Assembly (NCBI GenBank): GCA_030390025.1 | Contig: CM059432.1 | Location: 11,160,001 to 11,224,000 of the forward strand | Direction of reading: 5' to 3' | Length of the DNA stretch: 64,000 bases | Source of the DNA: Squalus acanthias | Lineage: Eukaryota | Part shown: piece after piece, positions 38,165-51,815 of the stretch | Layout: each line of letters opens with the position of its first letter | Numbering within the stretch: position 1 is the stretch's first letter | The notes under the pieces: generated by a model | Databases searched by the model: none | What the model was told of the DNA's origin: nothing | Seen by the model: the letters and a program-made list of their open reading frames with translations, nothing else | Translations under genes and position numbers: made by a program

Positions 38165-38585
38165 AAAAAGAAATAAAGAAAGACTTGCATTTATACAGCG
38201 CCTTTCACGACCACCGGATGTCCCAAAGTGCTTTACAGCCAATGAAGTACTTTTTGAAGTGCAATCACTGTTGTAATGTAGGAAAAGCGGCAGCCCATTT
38301 GCACACCGCAAGCTCCCACAAACAGCAATGTGATAATGAGCAGATAATCTGTTTTAGTGATGTTGATTGAGCAATAAATATTGGCTAGGACACCGGGGAT
38401 AACTCCCCTGCTCTTCTTCGAAATAGTGCCATGGGATCTTTTACGTCCACCTGAGGGGGCAGACGGGGCCTTGGTTTAACGTCTCATCTGAAAGACTCCC
38501 TCAGTACTGCACTGGAGTTGGACTTGAACCCACAACCTTCTGACTCAGAGGCGAATGTGCTACCAACTGAGCCACAGCTGACACT
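38165..38585 (-). mobile_element. tRNA-headed Deu-type SINE (SacSINE1-like). Further copies lie at about 27810-28040, 39940-40205, 42620-43385, 46770-47010 and 61594-61722.
   Basis: Minus-strand A box GTGGCTCAGTTGG and B box GGTTCAAGTCC, central domain, L2-like tail ending (CTTT)n. Confidence 0.85.
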
Positions 38586-38822
38586 TTAATACTAAACATT
38601 GTGTCTCTGTATTAGACTTTATCCAGATTTACACTTTTTGTTTTATTGGCTTTACTTGTGTTTTGGCTGTGCGATCCAAAACAGACCCAGGCTGAGTGTG
38701 GTCTGGCTCAGCATTAAAAATCTGGCTTGCCTACTGCAGTATTTAAATTTTTTAAAAATAAATATATACAGCATAAATACTTAAGTTGTAGTTGAGTTAG
38801 GAAACATATTGGGTTAGCATCG

Positions 38823-39803
38823 AAATCATAGAATGGTTACAGCACAGAAGGAGGCCATTCGGCCCATCGAGCCCATGCCGGCTCTCTAAGAGCACTTCAG
38901 CTAGTCCCACTCCCCGCCCTTTCCCCGTAGCCCTGCAAATTTTTTTCCTTCAGGTACTTATCCAATTCCTTTTTGAAAGCCACGATTGAATCTGCCTCCA
39001 CCACCCTTTCAGGCAGTGCATTCCAGATCCTAACCACTCGCTGCGTAAAAAAGTTTTTCCTCATGTCGCCTTTGGTTATTTTGCCAATCACCCTAAATCT
39101 GTGTCCTCTGGTTCTCGACCCTTCCGCCAATAGGAACAGTTTCATTCTATCTACTCTGTCTAGACCCCTCATGACTTTGAACATCTCTATCAAATCTCCA
39201 CTCAACCTTCTCTGCTCTAAGAACAACCCTAGCTTCTCTAGTCTATCCACATAACTGAAGTCCCTCATCCTTGGAATCATTCTTGTAAATCTTTTCTGCA
39301 CCCTCTCTAAGGCCTTCACATCCTTCCTAAAGTGCGGTGCCCAGAATTGGACACAATACTGCAGTTGAGGCCGAAGCAGTGTTTTATAAAAGTTCATCAT
39401 AACTTCCTTGCTTTTGTACTTTCTGCCTCTATTTATGAAGCCCACTATCCCGTATGCTTTCTTAACTGCTTTCTCAACCTGCCCTGCCATCTTCAAGGAT
39501 TTGTGCACATATACCCCCAGGTCTCTCTGTCCATGCACCCCCCTTTAGGATTGTACCCTTTAGTTTATATTGCCTCTCCTTGTTCTTCCTACCAAAATGC
39601 ATCACTTCGCACTTTTCTGCATTAAATTTCATCTGCCACGTGTCCACCCATTTCACCAGCCTGTCTGTGTCTTCCTGAAGTCTATCACTATCCTCCTCAC
39701 TGTTCACTATACTTCCAAGTTTTGTGTCATCTGCAAATTTTGAAATTGTGCCCTGTACATCCAAGTCCAAGTCATTAATATATATCAAGAAAAGCAGTGG
39801 TCC
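38823..39803 (-). mobile_element. CR1 fragment (RT to tail) with an empty PLE target site at 39426-39437
   Basis: ORFs 38897-39538 and 39474-39788. Confidence 0.93.
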
Positions 39804-41746
39804 TAGTATTGAAATGCTGGGTATAAGGATAGTAACAGTACAAGTTTTAGAACTTCCTGTGTTTTACTGCACACAATACTTGTGCATTTGTGAACATGTA
39901 AATTTCCTAGCACGTTTATCCATTGTCCAGCGTAGCACGTAAGGTGCTGCACTATCTGGGTGCATCTTTCGGATGTGATATTAAACTGTGACCCGACTGC
40001 CCCCTCAGGTGGATGTAAATGGTTCCATGGCACTTTTTGAAGATGAGCAGAGGAGTTCTCCTGGTGTCCTGGATGACATTTATCCCTCAATCAAGACTAT
40101 CAAAAGCAGATTATCTGTTCATTTATCTCATTGCTGTTTTGTACAACCTTGCTGTACACAAATTGGCTGCTGCATTTGGTACATTACAACAGTGACTAGA
40201 CTTCATTCAATCTCCAAATACAAATAGGAATTACTGCCAATGGGTGTGTTACTAAATTTAGCACTAATATGTCAATCATTATGAAGCAGCAATAAACAAA
40301 ACCAATAGATTGCTTAAGTAGTTTGCTAGGTCAATTGAGTATGAGTTGGGCAATGTCATGCTAAAACAGTACCTCTGCCCCTATTTCCTGGCCAGACTGA
40401 ACCTTGAATGTTGTGTTGCTGTGGTCCTCAAAATATAAGAAAAACATTCAATCCATGGAGACAGTGCTGAGAAAGTTAGGAGACTGATGAGCATCAAAGG
40501 ATGAGTTATACTGAAAGATTGAAAAATTTGGGGCTGTATCCTTGAAAGGAGAGGACCCTAGAAATGTTTTAAGATATTAAATGGCCTAAATTAAGTTAAT
40601 CCAGAGCACTATTTAAAGGTGTGCCAAAATACTAGGAACAATGAGGCATAGATTAAAATTGGTGAAAGGAAAGTTTAGGGTAGATTTCAAGAAGAACTTC
40701 TTGGAGAGTAATCAAAAATTAATATGCTGATCGGGTTAGATGAAGAGGGGTGGGAGGAGGCGCATATGGAACATAAACATGACATGGGCCAGTTGGCTGA
40801 ATGGCCTGTTTCTGTGGTGTGCTGTAAATTCTATGTACAACATGGAATGGTATTAAGGGAATCGAGGGATATGGGGATAGTGCGGAAAGGTGGAGTTAGA
40901 TAGAAGATTAGCCATGATCTTATTGAATGACGGAGCAGGCTCGATGGGCTGAATGGCCTACTCCTACTCCTATTTCTTATGTTCTTATGTCTTCTAAATA
41001 GGCTAGTGGAGGCAAAAACATTTATTCAGGAGAGAATTGGATAACATGATACAAATGTTAAATTTATTTTATTCTGGATGGCTGACGAAATAGCTTTTGC
41101 CATCTATAACTAACTTGTGATGATCTGCAAGAGTAGTACCATCTCAAGGAATCATAATATTATGATTCTGATATTAAGAAGGGTGAAAATTCCTCCTGTA
41201 CTTCTGAGGATTACAAAGTAATGGGAGTAATATCCTCAGTTTTTCTGACCTGATTGAACCTCAGATTGTCAAACCTCTGCATGTCAAACACGTCCGGTTG
41301 TAAAAAAAAAAAGGTAAAAGAATTCTAGGTCTGATCTCAAGAAGTACAGAATATAAAAGCTAAGAGGTAATGATGAGCTTATATAAAACCTTAAGACCTC
41401 AGTTAGAATACTGTGCAGTATTGGGCTCCACAATATTGGAAAGATGTGAGCCTTTAGAGAGGGTACAATGTAGATTCATTAGGATGCTGCCTGGTATGTA
41501 TAAATACAAAAAGGATATTTTTTTTTACATTAATTTGTTTTTCATTAAATATAAAGAGCAATATAACAAATGTTTAAAATTACAAAAGGTATATATAAAC
41601 AGGGTGTAATTAATGCCTTTAAAATAGGTATTTCCAGATTTGAATAATTTGCACTAATGGTGTTAGTGCCTTTAACAGTGTTTGAGAGAATAAAGTGTCT
41701 CTCTCGGGCAGTTATATGTGCTGGAGGAACACAGGGATGACTTAAT

Positions 41747-42489
41747 GGCCCAGAAATTGATCTCGCTCTGTTCCCGCGGGGGTAAGCCTTCCCCGCGATG
41801 TCTCACCTCGCTTATGCTTTTTCTGATCCAGCTCGCACGAACTTGATGTTCCAGACATCAGCTGTGCTGGGCTTGCGTATCCCAGCGGCGCAGTTAATTC
41901 GTGCGAGCTGTGGGATCACGTGACTCAGTTAGAGCCAATGGCAGCACACCATCTTCCATTCATAAGTCTCACAGCATGGCTGTGAGACTTATGAATCTTA
42001 CACCCCCCCAAAATAACAGCTAAACCTCAATTAAATTTAAAAAAAAACCATCACATTAATAAAATAAGTATAGTTAATTAAATTAACCATTTTAAATAAA
42101 AAATTAAATTTTTGAAAAAATTTAAAATCTTTTAAAAAGTTATAAAAATAAACTTACCTGTCTTTAAAGTCTCTAAAAAAGATATACCTGTAAAAAAAAA
42201 TTCAAAAAAATACTTAATTCACTACTTACCTTCTTAAAAGCGGGTCTTACTCCTCCTTTTTACATTTCCAAAATCGTCCCTACTTACCTGCGCGTCCAAA
42301 GCATGAAGTGCACAGCGTGCGCGCAGCCTGTAGCGCGCACGCGATGCACTCAGGCCCCGCCCCCTTTTCGGAAGAGCAATTGCCGGTTTTCAGCGCATGC
42401 GCAGGGCATGCAGAAAACCGGCAATTGGAGTGGGAATACGCGAGAGTATGCAGTGCGTACTCTCGCGTCCCGGGATCAATTTTCGGCCC
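41747..42489 (-). mobile_element. Harbinger-type MITE family H2 copy 2 (inverted relative to copy 1)
   Basis: Reverse complement of 24163-24907; flanks AAT/ATT. Confidence 0.88.
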
Positions 42490-42769
42490 ATTATTTTAAA
42501 GGGATACTAAGAGGAGATAGTTTTCCCTGCTCCCCAGCAATTGAGGCATGTTTCTATTTGGCTGAAGGGCAGTGATTGAAAAAGTAATTCCAGACGCATT
42601 CAACTTTAAACTTGTAAAACTCTTACAGTAACTTTGTGTCTAGCTCAGTTGATTGCACCTCTAGGTCAGAAGGTTGACTTATGCCCCAGATGAGGACTTT
42701 AGTACCAAATCCAGGCTGACATTCAAATGTAATGCTGAGAAGATATTGCAATGCGTGGTGTTTTGTGTT

Positions 42770-43122
42770 TAAAATGTTAAAAGGATTTGATGGAGAAACT
42801 ATTTCCTCTGGTGGGGGAATCAATAATAAGGGGATATAATCTTAAAATTAGAGTTTAGGCCATTTAAGGAGTGAAATCAGAAAGCACTGTTTCTTACAAA
42901 GCGTATTAGAAATTTGAAACTCTCCTGAAATAACCTGTGGATGATGGGCCAATTGGAGCTTTCAGGACTGAGATGGATAGATTTTTGTTCAGTAATGGCA
43001 TGGAGGGATATGGAGCAAAGGTGGGAAAATGGAGTTGAGGTGCAAACTAGAAATGATCTAATTGAATGGCAGAGCAGGCCTGAGGGACTGAATGGCTTAC
43101 TCCTGTTCCATGTGTTCCTAAG
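42770..43122 (+). mobile_element. CR1 3' fragment nested in a SINE
   Basis: CR1 tail with SINE sequence on both sides. Confidence 0.7.
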
Positions 43123-45673
43123 TGTCATCCTTTGGATAAGATGTTAAACTGCCTGCTTTGTTAGAGATTCCATCGCATTACTCAAAAAAGTGAGGGGAGG
43201 TTTCCTGGTGTCCTTGCCAAGATTCCTTTCTCAATCAGTGCCACTACAAAAGCTGATTAACCAGTCATTTGTCTCATTACTGTTTGCTGAGTGTTGCTGG
43301 TGCAAAATGGCTGTCATGTTTGCTTCTATAATAGTCACATGAAACATTTTGAGATACTTTGGCATAAGATGCTGTATGAATGTAGATATTTCTAACTCCA
43401 ATTATTAAACATTCTAGGTCAATGCACAGTAGATGGCTGAAGAATGCATAATAAAAGTTTCAAGTGAGGTATTACTATAATAACACTGCAATAAAAATAG
43501 ATGTAGAACCAATCCACAATACTGTTGTGAAAATGAAATGTCTTAGTAATCTGTTCATGGCAAAGTTTTTGTTCTTCAGATTGGAAATAAAAACTGAACC
43601 TGGAATATAGTCAGTTTTGTTAATATTTATTGATTTGTTTCTGCCTTCAAGGATTTGTGGCAACTAAAGTTAGGCCAAAGTCATTGGAACTAGAGAAGCT
43701 TGTTCAAGAACTGCCCAGTGTCCAAAAAGTATAAATATACGGGTAAATTCACAGACTCTGCGCTCCCAGAGGAGTATCACACTCAGTTAATCCTAGAATT
43801 GGGGTGACTGTGTAGCCCTGTCGATGACCCATGATCCTTTTGTGTTTGGCTCTCTGCTGAGAGTACAGCATCGTTGAATTTAACCTATAGTGTCTTGTAG
43901 TAGTAACCTGAATATAAAAAAAGAAGTCACAAAGGAATAAAATCAATTTTGATATTATGTTCAGGCCTTGATATTAAGAAATGTTGGTTTTGGAACCTGG
44001 CCCCAGAGATCCTGATTTGAGCTTCTGAGAGAAACCTCCAGCAGAATTAACAACTTCTGCAAACCGTAAATAAACATAAATATTTTTCTAAGACCTCATT
44101 TGAGTAGGGATTAAATTTAGTCCTGTAAAAGAGTCTGGTATCTTGTGTTTCTAAACTGAACACTTAAGATCTTGGACAAACCAGTTTTGATTGTTTTGTC
44201 TCCAGACATCTCAATTGAACGAGAGAATTATTTTACCGCTGGTCCCGATTTATCAAAATTAATCTGAATTGCAATTTAATTCAGTTACTTCCTGTCCCAC
44301 CCTCAACCTTTGAGAAGTGTCCTCTACAGTGGAAGTGTCATTTTTTTTCTCTCCATTTTTCACACTGGGCTGCTGACTTGAGAATGGCTGTTGTCAACTT
44401 GGCTCCATGATGCATCACCTCCCACTGCTATCTCACAACAGCTTCGATTGTATAGGTCTTACAATTTTTCTCCATGCCAAGATGGAGCATTTTGTTGCTA
44501 AGTAATGCTAGCTATTTCTTTAAGTAAGGCATGGAAAAAATGATTCTGCATGTCTTTTAAAAGTTGGGTAAAATGAACCATTATGAGGTGCATGTGTGTT
44601 CAAATCTGGCAGTAAATAAAAGTACCTAATGTGTGCGCCTCATTTCATAAGTTCAGTAATTATACTGAAGTCTATTCCATAAGTTTAAAAATTGGAAATG
44701 ATGAAAATATGAAATAAAACAAAGAACTGTTGTAGACCGTTGCAACCCCCCCACCCCCACACAACGCTTACATGCTCTACTAGCTTCCTTTCCCCAAGCT
44801 CATCTTATGGTCCCCACCATCCAAACTTCCAGCCTGTTTCCCAGACTGAGCTGGGAAACAGGCTTTTATTTTATTTTTAAAAAAAAACGCTTATTTGTAT
44901 TTGTACAGCATAAATGTTTTTAATAGTCACTTCTGGCAAATCAAAAACGGAAGACAGTCGGGTGAGAGATATGACTGTGGAGGATGGGGGGCAGCAGCAA
45001 CAACAGGAATGGGCGAGTGATGGCATTTGGGGGGGGCGTGGGTTTCGGGGGAGGGAAGGTAGGCAGCTGCAAGACTAGGTGTTGACGGCAACAATGGAGG
45101 AGGGATATGACCGACCTGGGAGAACCAAAGTTGGATCAATTCAACTGATCGCATAAGTATAAATAATACATCAGTACCACAGCATCACTTGGCTTGGAGG
45201 CTCAGCTCGGAGGGCTAAATTAGCCAGTATAATAAATAAGAAAACTGAAGCATTATGGAAATAGCATGACCGAATAAAGTTTTACAGAAAGTATGTGATA
45301 CTTTCAGGAAGTGTGTGCTATATATGAAAGATTTTTAAAATATTACTAGCAAATCTCCTGTGGTGTGTTAGAGGTAACATTTTATAATGTGTATTGCCCC
45401 ATGTGAAGCATAATGTAATATCAGGGTCATTGGTAGATGGTGAAGGGTCAAATTATGTCTATTTCTGGGTATTCTGAAAATTTTATTGTCTGTTTTGGTA
45501 TTGAATATTGCGACTAAATTTGTCTTCAAGAACAATAAATTGGTGGCCTTGAGATAAAGAGAGATGTTCCTTTACCTGTATGTATTTAAATTGTATCCCA
45601 TAGCTTTATTTTTTAAGCTGAGAATACAAAGCAAGATGGTATGCAAGATGTATCAGGTTAGAAATCGATACAA

Positions 45674-46411
45674 GGCTCCAGATTTTGCTGGAGTGTGGCA
45701 TCTCGCGGTGTGCCCCGTTAGATTTGTTTGTGCACATTTAGGGTTTTTTAAATTTTGGCCCCAAAGTTGCTGGAAGTGCGACCTGATAGGGCAACAGGAT
45801 ATCTGGGACCTTGATGAACAACGCGACAAACAACGTATCTTAATAACCAATGAGATTTAAGGATTGAAAAATAAACAGGAATGACTGAGAAGGAGGGTTA
45901 ATTCAATGTCACATCAGGTACAGAAAGAGAAATAAAGAGAGGGAAAAAGATTGGATTGAGAGAGAGGGAAAAAGAGACAAAGGAAAAGTAAGAATTTTAA
46001 ATTTAATTTTTTTGACATTTTTAAAATCTCCGAAAACAATTCACAACCTGAAGGAATGAGACTCCACACTTCTAATTGTTTACTTTCTGGACAAGAGAGG
46101 TTGATTGGCAGCCATTAATAATTATCATGTCGTTAAAAGGGTACTTACGCTGTTAATTACAAGACTTAACTTTCTGTGGCGAGTTTAATGGGCAATTAAT
46201 GTGCAAATACAGCAACTTCATGAAAATCACAGGGAGATTAAGTGCGAGATGCCTTTTTCGCGAAGCTAACAGTGGAGCGGTGCAAATCTGCCAGAACCTG
46301 GTGGTTCGCAATTCACTGGGTATCTCTTTGGTACAAATTGCTGGTTGATTTATGCATTAATAATGGCGTGCGTCGTTAACATGTGGTTATTTTTCCAGCA
46401 AAAGCTATCCC
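45674..46411. mobile_element. Old Harbinger-like MITE
   Basis: Degenerate TIRs GGCTCCAGATTTTGCTGGA / TCCAGCAAAAGCTATCCC; no clear TSD. Confidence 0.5.
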
Positions 46412-47019
46412 GTGGTGTTTAGCGGTACTGAGGATGGGGGAGTGCAACTGGGTTTAGTATCATTGTGCAGGAGGAACTTGAGGTTTCATAGAACTGAGGA
46501 GGGTGGAATGTGTTTTTTTTTGCACTGGTGGATTTTTGGGTATGTCAGCATGGGAAGGAGGAAGGACAAAGTTCTGACAACTTGGGGGAGGGGGTTGTCT
46601 CTAATCTGATGGCACTGATTTCTAATGGGTCTTTCCAAACGGTGAATTGTTTCTGATTCGGTACCTTGAAAAATAGCATTTTTCTTGTTCAAGCAAATAT
46701 CATACCTGCATTAAGATACAGGTTCAACACTCCATTCTGCCTCTCTAGAACAGTAAATACTGTTGTGATGTAGTCATTGTTGTAATGTAGGAAATGTGGC
46801 AGCCAATTTGCGTACAGATAATCTGTTTTTTAGTGATGGTTGAAGGATAAATATTGGGCAGGGCACCGAGGAGAACTACCCTGCTCTTCGAATAGTGCCA
46901 TGGGATATTTTATGTCCACCTGAGAGGGCAGGTGGGGCTTTGGTTCAACATCTCATCCGAAAGACGGCACCTCCGACAGTACTGCACTGAGGTGTCAGCC
47001 TAGATCATGGGTTTGTGTC

Positions 47020-47765
47020 GTTTTATTAATTTATTGATTGGTTGGTGTATCCCTCATTGATTTCTTGGTGTGCCTGCTACTCCATTAATTTGAATTATTG
47101 GTGAGTTCCATTGTTTTTATTGATTCACTGACGCCTGCTGCTCCATTAATGTACTGATTTGTTGTGTAACCACTGCTTCATTAAGTTATTAATTTGCTGT
47201 TGAGTGTTGCGCCATCACTTTATCAATTCTTGATGCCTGCGGCTCCAGCAATGTATTAATCGCTGGTGCCTGCTGCTCCATTAATTTATTTGGTGCTCTG
47301 GCTTTTCTATTAATTAGATTTAGTGTGCCAGCTGCTCCACAAATTTATGAATTTACTGGTGCCTGCTATTCCATTAATCTATTGAATAGTTGGTGTGCCC
47401 ACAGCTCCATTGATTTATTGATGCACTGATGCCCACTGTTGCCCTGCCATTATTGACTCTCATGGGTGCCTGCTGCTCCATTAACTTTTTGATTCACTGT
47501 TGCTTAATTAACTTATTGCTTTGTTGTGCAAGCTGCTTTAAGACTTTATTTGTTCATTTGTGCTATAACTCCATTAATTTATGAATTGGTTGGTGCCTGG
47601 TGATTCATTAATTTGTTGGTTTGGTGTTCCTGCTACTTGATTCAGTTATTGATTCTGTGGTGCTCACTTCTCCATTACTTTATTGATTTGATGGTGCCTA
47701 CTGCTCTATAAATTTATTGATTGAGTAGCTGGTACTCTTTAAATGTATTAATGAACTGGTGCAGT
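47020..47765. repeat. Degenerate minisatellite, unit about 32 nt
   Basis: Recurring ggtgcctgctgctccattaatttattgattcact-like unit. Confidence 0.8.
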
Positions 47766-49775
47766 ATTTGTTTAGTTGTGCTGCAGCGTTTATTATTAAC
47801 ATTTTTTGTCAGTCAATGGTGATGCATGCGGTTTGTGTTGATTTTTGTAGGTTGAATTTTCCTGTTGTGATTGTATAGTGTCATAAAGCAGTGACACATT
47901 TTGTTGTAATTCAGGTTCTCTACTGTTAATTTTTAATCTCTTATGTAGTTATTACAGCAGCAGTTTCTGTTGTCCACTATTATATTCTGTCACATTTTTG
48001 GGGAATAAAGAGAACATTTTTCAATACTGTACAGTCTTGACTTCTCGTGCAACACTGCGGGAAATTGACTAGTGTGTGCGTGTGCTTGTATCTGCGTGTG
48101 TGCAAAACAATCTGCGTGTGTGTAAAACAACTGTGACAACTTTTTTCCATTGTCAATTCCTGTATCTACATTTATAATGGAACGCCAATGTAAATTCGTC
48201 AACATGCAATTTCACAATCTGACACTGGGTGGCTTTTCCCCACAAATTGCTCAAAATGCTTTCTTGAAAATTTTCATCTGAAAACTTTTGATCTGTAAAT
48301 TTTTTTCTCGGTAACTGAAATTCCTAACGTCCAAAATAAGGTTTTGGTAAAGTAAACCACAGGACAGTTCTTTCAGGTCCCCTGCCCACAAACCCTAACT
48401 TCTTGACATGAATTCCCAGCGTCTCCAAGAACATAAGCTGCAATGTCAAAGTCTTAGAATACTCAAATAATCGTTGTTGAGAAAGCACAAAGCATCCCAT
48501 AAGCAGCACCAGTGGTCCTGAAGTCTTTCTCTCAGTGCTCCGAGTCTCACATCGATCTTTGAGAAATAACCTGGATATAAATGAGAAAATAGTGACATCA
48601 GTCAATTTAATTATCATTAACTGAAGTTTGTATTTTCATTTTTAGAAATATCCATTTACTCAAATGATAACTGGATCAAGTATTTTTTTATAGTTTTCCC
48701 TTCCCATTTGTCTATTACATTTCAACACTTTTATCATTCAGCATTCATAATATGACCACAAATTAGTCACTGGGGAGAAATGCTAAGCATTCAATAGCCG
48801 TCAAATGTGAATGCTGGAATTTTAAATAAGCTCTTTTTTTTAATTTTAAATAACCAAATTAGAAGGTGTCTTTCTCTCAGCTTAATATGCTTTCTGATTT
48901 ATGATTTATAATTTGCATACCAACTGAAGCCAGGACAGGTGTGTCATTAGCGGTGTCATATTTTTCTCTCTATCACACACATCCACATACTCTCTCACTC
49001 TCTCCAGCCTCTGTTCTATAAATGTTACTTGAATAAAATGTAAAAATTTGTCCTCTAGATTATCTTCAAATATTTTTGAAAAACACCCAAATAAAAAGCA
49101 ATGAGCCACGAAAAAGGGTGAAAATATACACCTTTATCATTGTAAAACCTGACCTCGTACTGCATTTTTCAGGCAGGTAGGTCTGCACACTAATTGGTAT
49201 TTTGAGCTGCATAAATGTTTGTAAATCATGCACCACAACAAAGTTTGCTAGAAAATCTTAACAGTTTACTTTTGCAGTGTTTAAGGGAGCTGTGATTTAA
49301 GCTGACGAGCCTCACAGAAGACTTGTCTCCAGTTATTCCACAGAACACAGTAAAATCCACAAATTTTAATAAGTCCCTCAAAGACCACAGAAGTATTTCG
49401 CACAGAGTAAATACAGCGTGGTTTCGTTTTGTACATTTGTTTGCAAAGGTTTTTCAGCAGTGCATTTCAAGCTTTTTGAAAATTTGCGCATTTGGTTTAG
49501 CATTGTGATGTGTTTTTTCAGTTCAGTGTGTTGGTAGATTTGATCTGAAGACTGAGTTATTAGGTTTTTTTTTATTTTAAAAGAATAGTTGTTGCTGTGA
49601 TTACTGTTACAGAACTGGGCAGGAGCCTTTGTGAAATTGTCCCGCAGACCATGTCCTGTTACATTTCAAATATTTGCAAAATGTCTTTGTCCGCATTTTT
49701 CTAGGAAGGAATTAGAAGAGACATTATCACCATTAGTTGAGAGGAATTGACTCTCTGATTTTTTTTAAATTTCGT

Positions 49776-50188
49776 TTCATGGGATGTGGGCGTCGCTGGC
49801 AAGGCCAGCATTTATTGCCCATCCCTAATTGCCCTTGAGAAGGTGATGAGCCGCCGCCTTGAACCGCTGCAGTCCGTGTGGTGAAGGGAGTCCCACAGTG
49901 CTGTTAGGTAGGGAGTTCCAGGATTTTGACCCAGCGATGATGAAGGATTGGCGATATACTTCTAAGTCAGGATGGTGTGGTACTTGGAGGTGGTGGTGTT
50001 CCCATGCACCTGCTGCCCTTGTCCTTCTAGGTTGTAGAGGTCATGGGTTTGGAAGGTGCTGCCGAAGAAGCCTTGGCGAGTTGCTGCAGTGCATCTTGTA
50101 GATGGTACACACTGCAGCCACGGTACGCTGGTGGTGGAGGGAGTGAATGTTTAAGGTGGTGGATGGGGTGCCAATCAAGTGGGCTGCT
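49776..50188 (-). mobile_element. LINE family B 3' fragment
   Basis: Matches 6084-6490. Confidence 0.85.
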
Positions 50189-51199
50189 ATGAAGATTTGG
50201 TTGAGTCTGTATTTTTTGTGCAAGTAGAGGATATAAGCAAGATATTTTTAACCACCAAGCCATCTTCAAAATATAGCAATAAAGGAATAAAAAGCATTTT
50301 AGATTGGAAATAAAAATTGAAAATATTGAATATAGTACAGAAAGCCCATCAGCATCTGAAAAGGAAAAATAAATTTTAACGTTGGTAAAACTGTTCCAGA
50401 ATAGAAACCTTCAAGTTGTTTTACTTGCTTTTTTGTATTTCGGGGTGGTGTTTCATGGACTTTTATAAAATCATAGAATGTAACAGCACAGAAACAGGCT
50501 GTGCCAGTGCTTTTTCTCTGTGCCACCTAGTCTCCCATTCACTCTGTGTTTCCAGCATTTTCTGTTTTTATTTCAGATTTCCAGCATACGCAGTATTTTG
50601 CTTCTGCTTCCAGTATTGTCCTTGGTTTTGTATCTAGAGGTATAGAATACCAAAGCAAGGATTAAGTTTTTTTTCTTTATGTACTTGTGCTGCCACCTTT
50701 AATCACCTGTTTATTTGCTTCTCTACTCAATTTGAAATTCATTGAAGGTATACTTCCTTCTTATAACTTCTAAACTACTTTAGCATCAGTTCTCTTTGAA
50801 TAATAATCTTCACTAATAGTTCAATACCTGCTTTTGGTAGTTCCGTAATCCTAATGTCCACTTCTTCTGTGAAACCTGAGGCAAAGTACTTATTTAGTAT
50901 CTGTAATTACCTCACTCTCCACTACAGGATTGCCTCCTTCATCTCTTAGCGGTCCTAACTCTACCTTGATTATCCTTTTACTATTAATTTGGCTATAGAA
51001 AATCTTTTTCTTCCCTGTTATGCTCTGTTAATTTTCTGGCATACTACTTAGACTTTCTAAAATCCCTTTTGTAATTTTTTTCTCTCTTCTTTATATTGAT
51101 CCTGGTTTTCATTTTTATCTGCCCTGTAAGCACTAAATGCTTTATTTAAAGATTCCATGTAAAAACAAGATACTTAATAAAGCAAAATGCTAATTATAT

Positions 51200-51815
51200 C
51201 GAAATAAAAAGGGATGTCCTGCTGCAGTTGTACAGGGCCTTGTTGAGACCACACCTTGAGTACTGTGTGCAGTTTTGGTCGCCTTATCTGAGGAAGGATG
51301 TTCTTGCCATGGAAGGAGTTCAGCGAAGATTCACAAGGCTGATACCTGGGATGGCAGGAATGACATATGAGGAGAGATTGGGTCGATTGGGCTTATACTT
51401 GCTGGAGTATAGAAGAATGAGAGGGGATCTCATCGAAACATATAAAATTCTGACAGGTCTGGACAAACTAGATGCAGGAAGAATGTTCCCGATGGTCGGA
51501 GAGTCCAGAACCAGGGGTCATAATCTAAGGATAACGGGTAAGCCATTTAGGACAGAAATGAGGAAGAATTTCTTCACCCAGAGAGTGGTGAACCTGTGGA
51601 ATTCTCTACCACAGAAGGTAGTTGAGGCCAAGTCATTAAATATATTCAAGAAGGAGTTAGATATATTTCTTAAAGCTAAAGGTATCAAGGGATATGGGGA
51701 GAAGGCAGGTACAGGGTACTGAGTTTGGATGATCAGCCATGATCTCATCGAATGGTGGAGCAGGCTCGAGGGGCCGAATGGCCTACTCCTGCTCCTATCT
51801 TCTATGTTTCTATGA
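51200..51815 (+). mobile_element. CR1 3' fragment
   Basis: ORF 51228-51722 plus tail. Confidence 0.93.
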
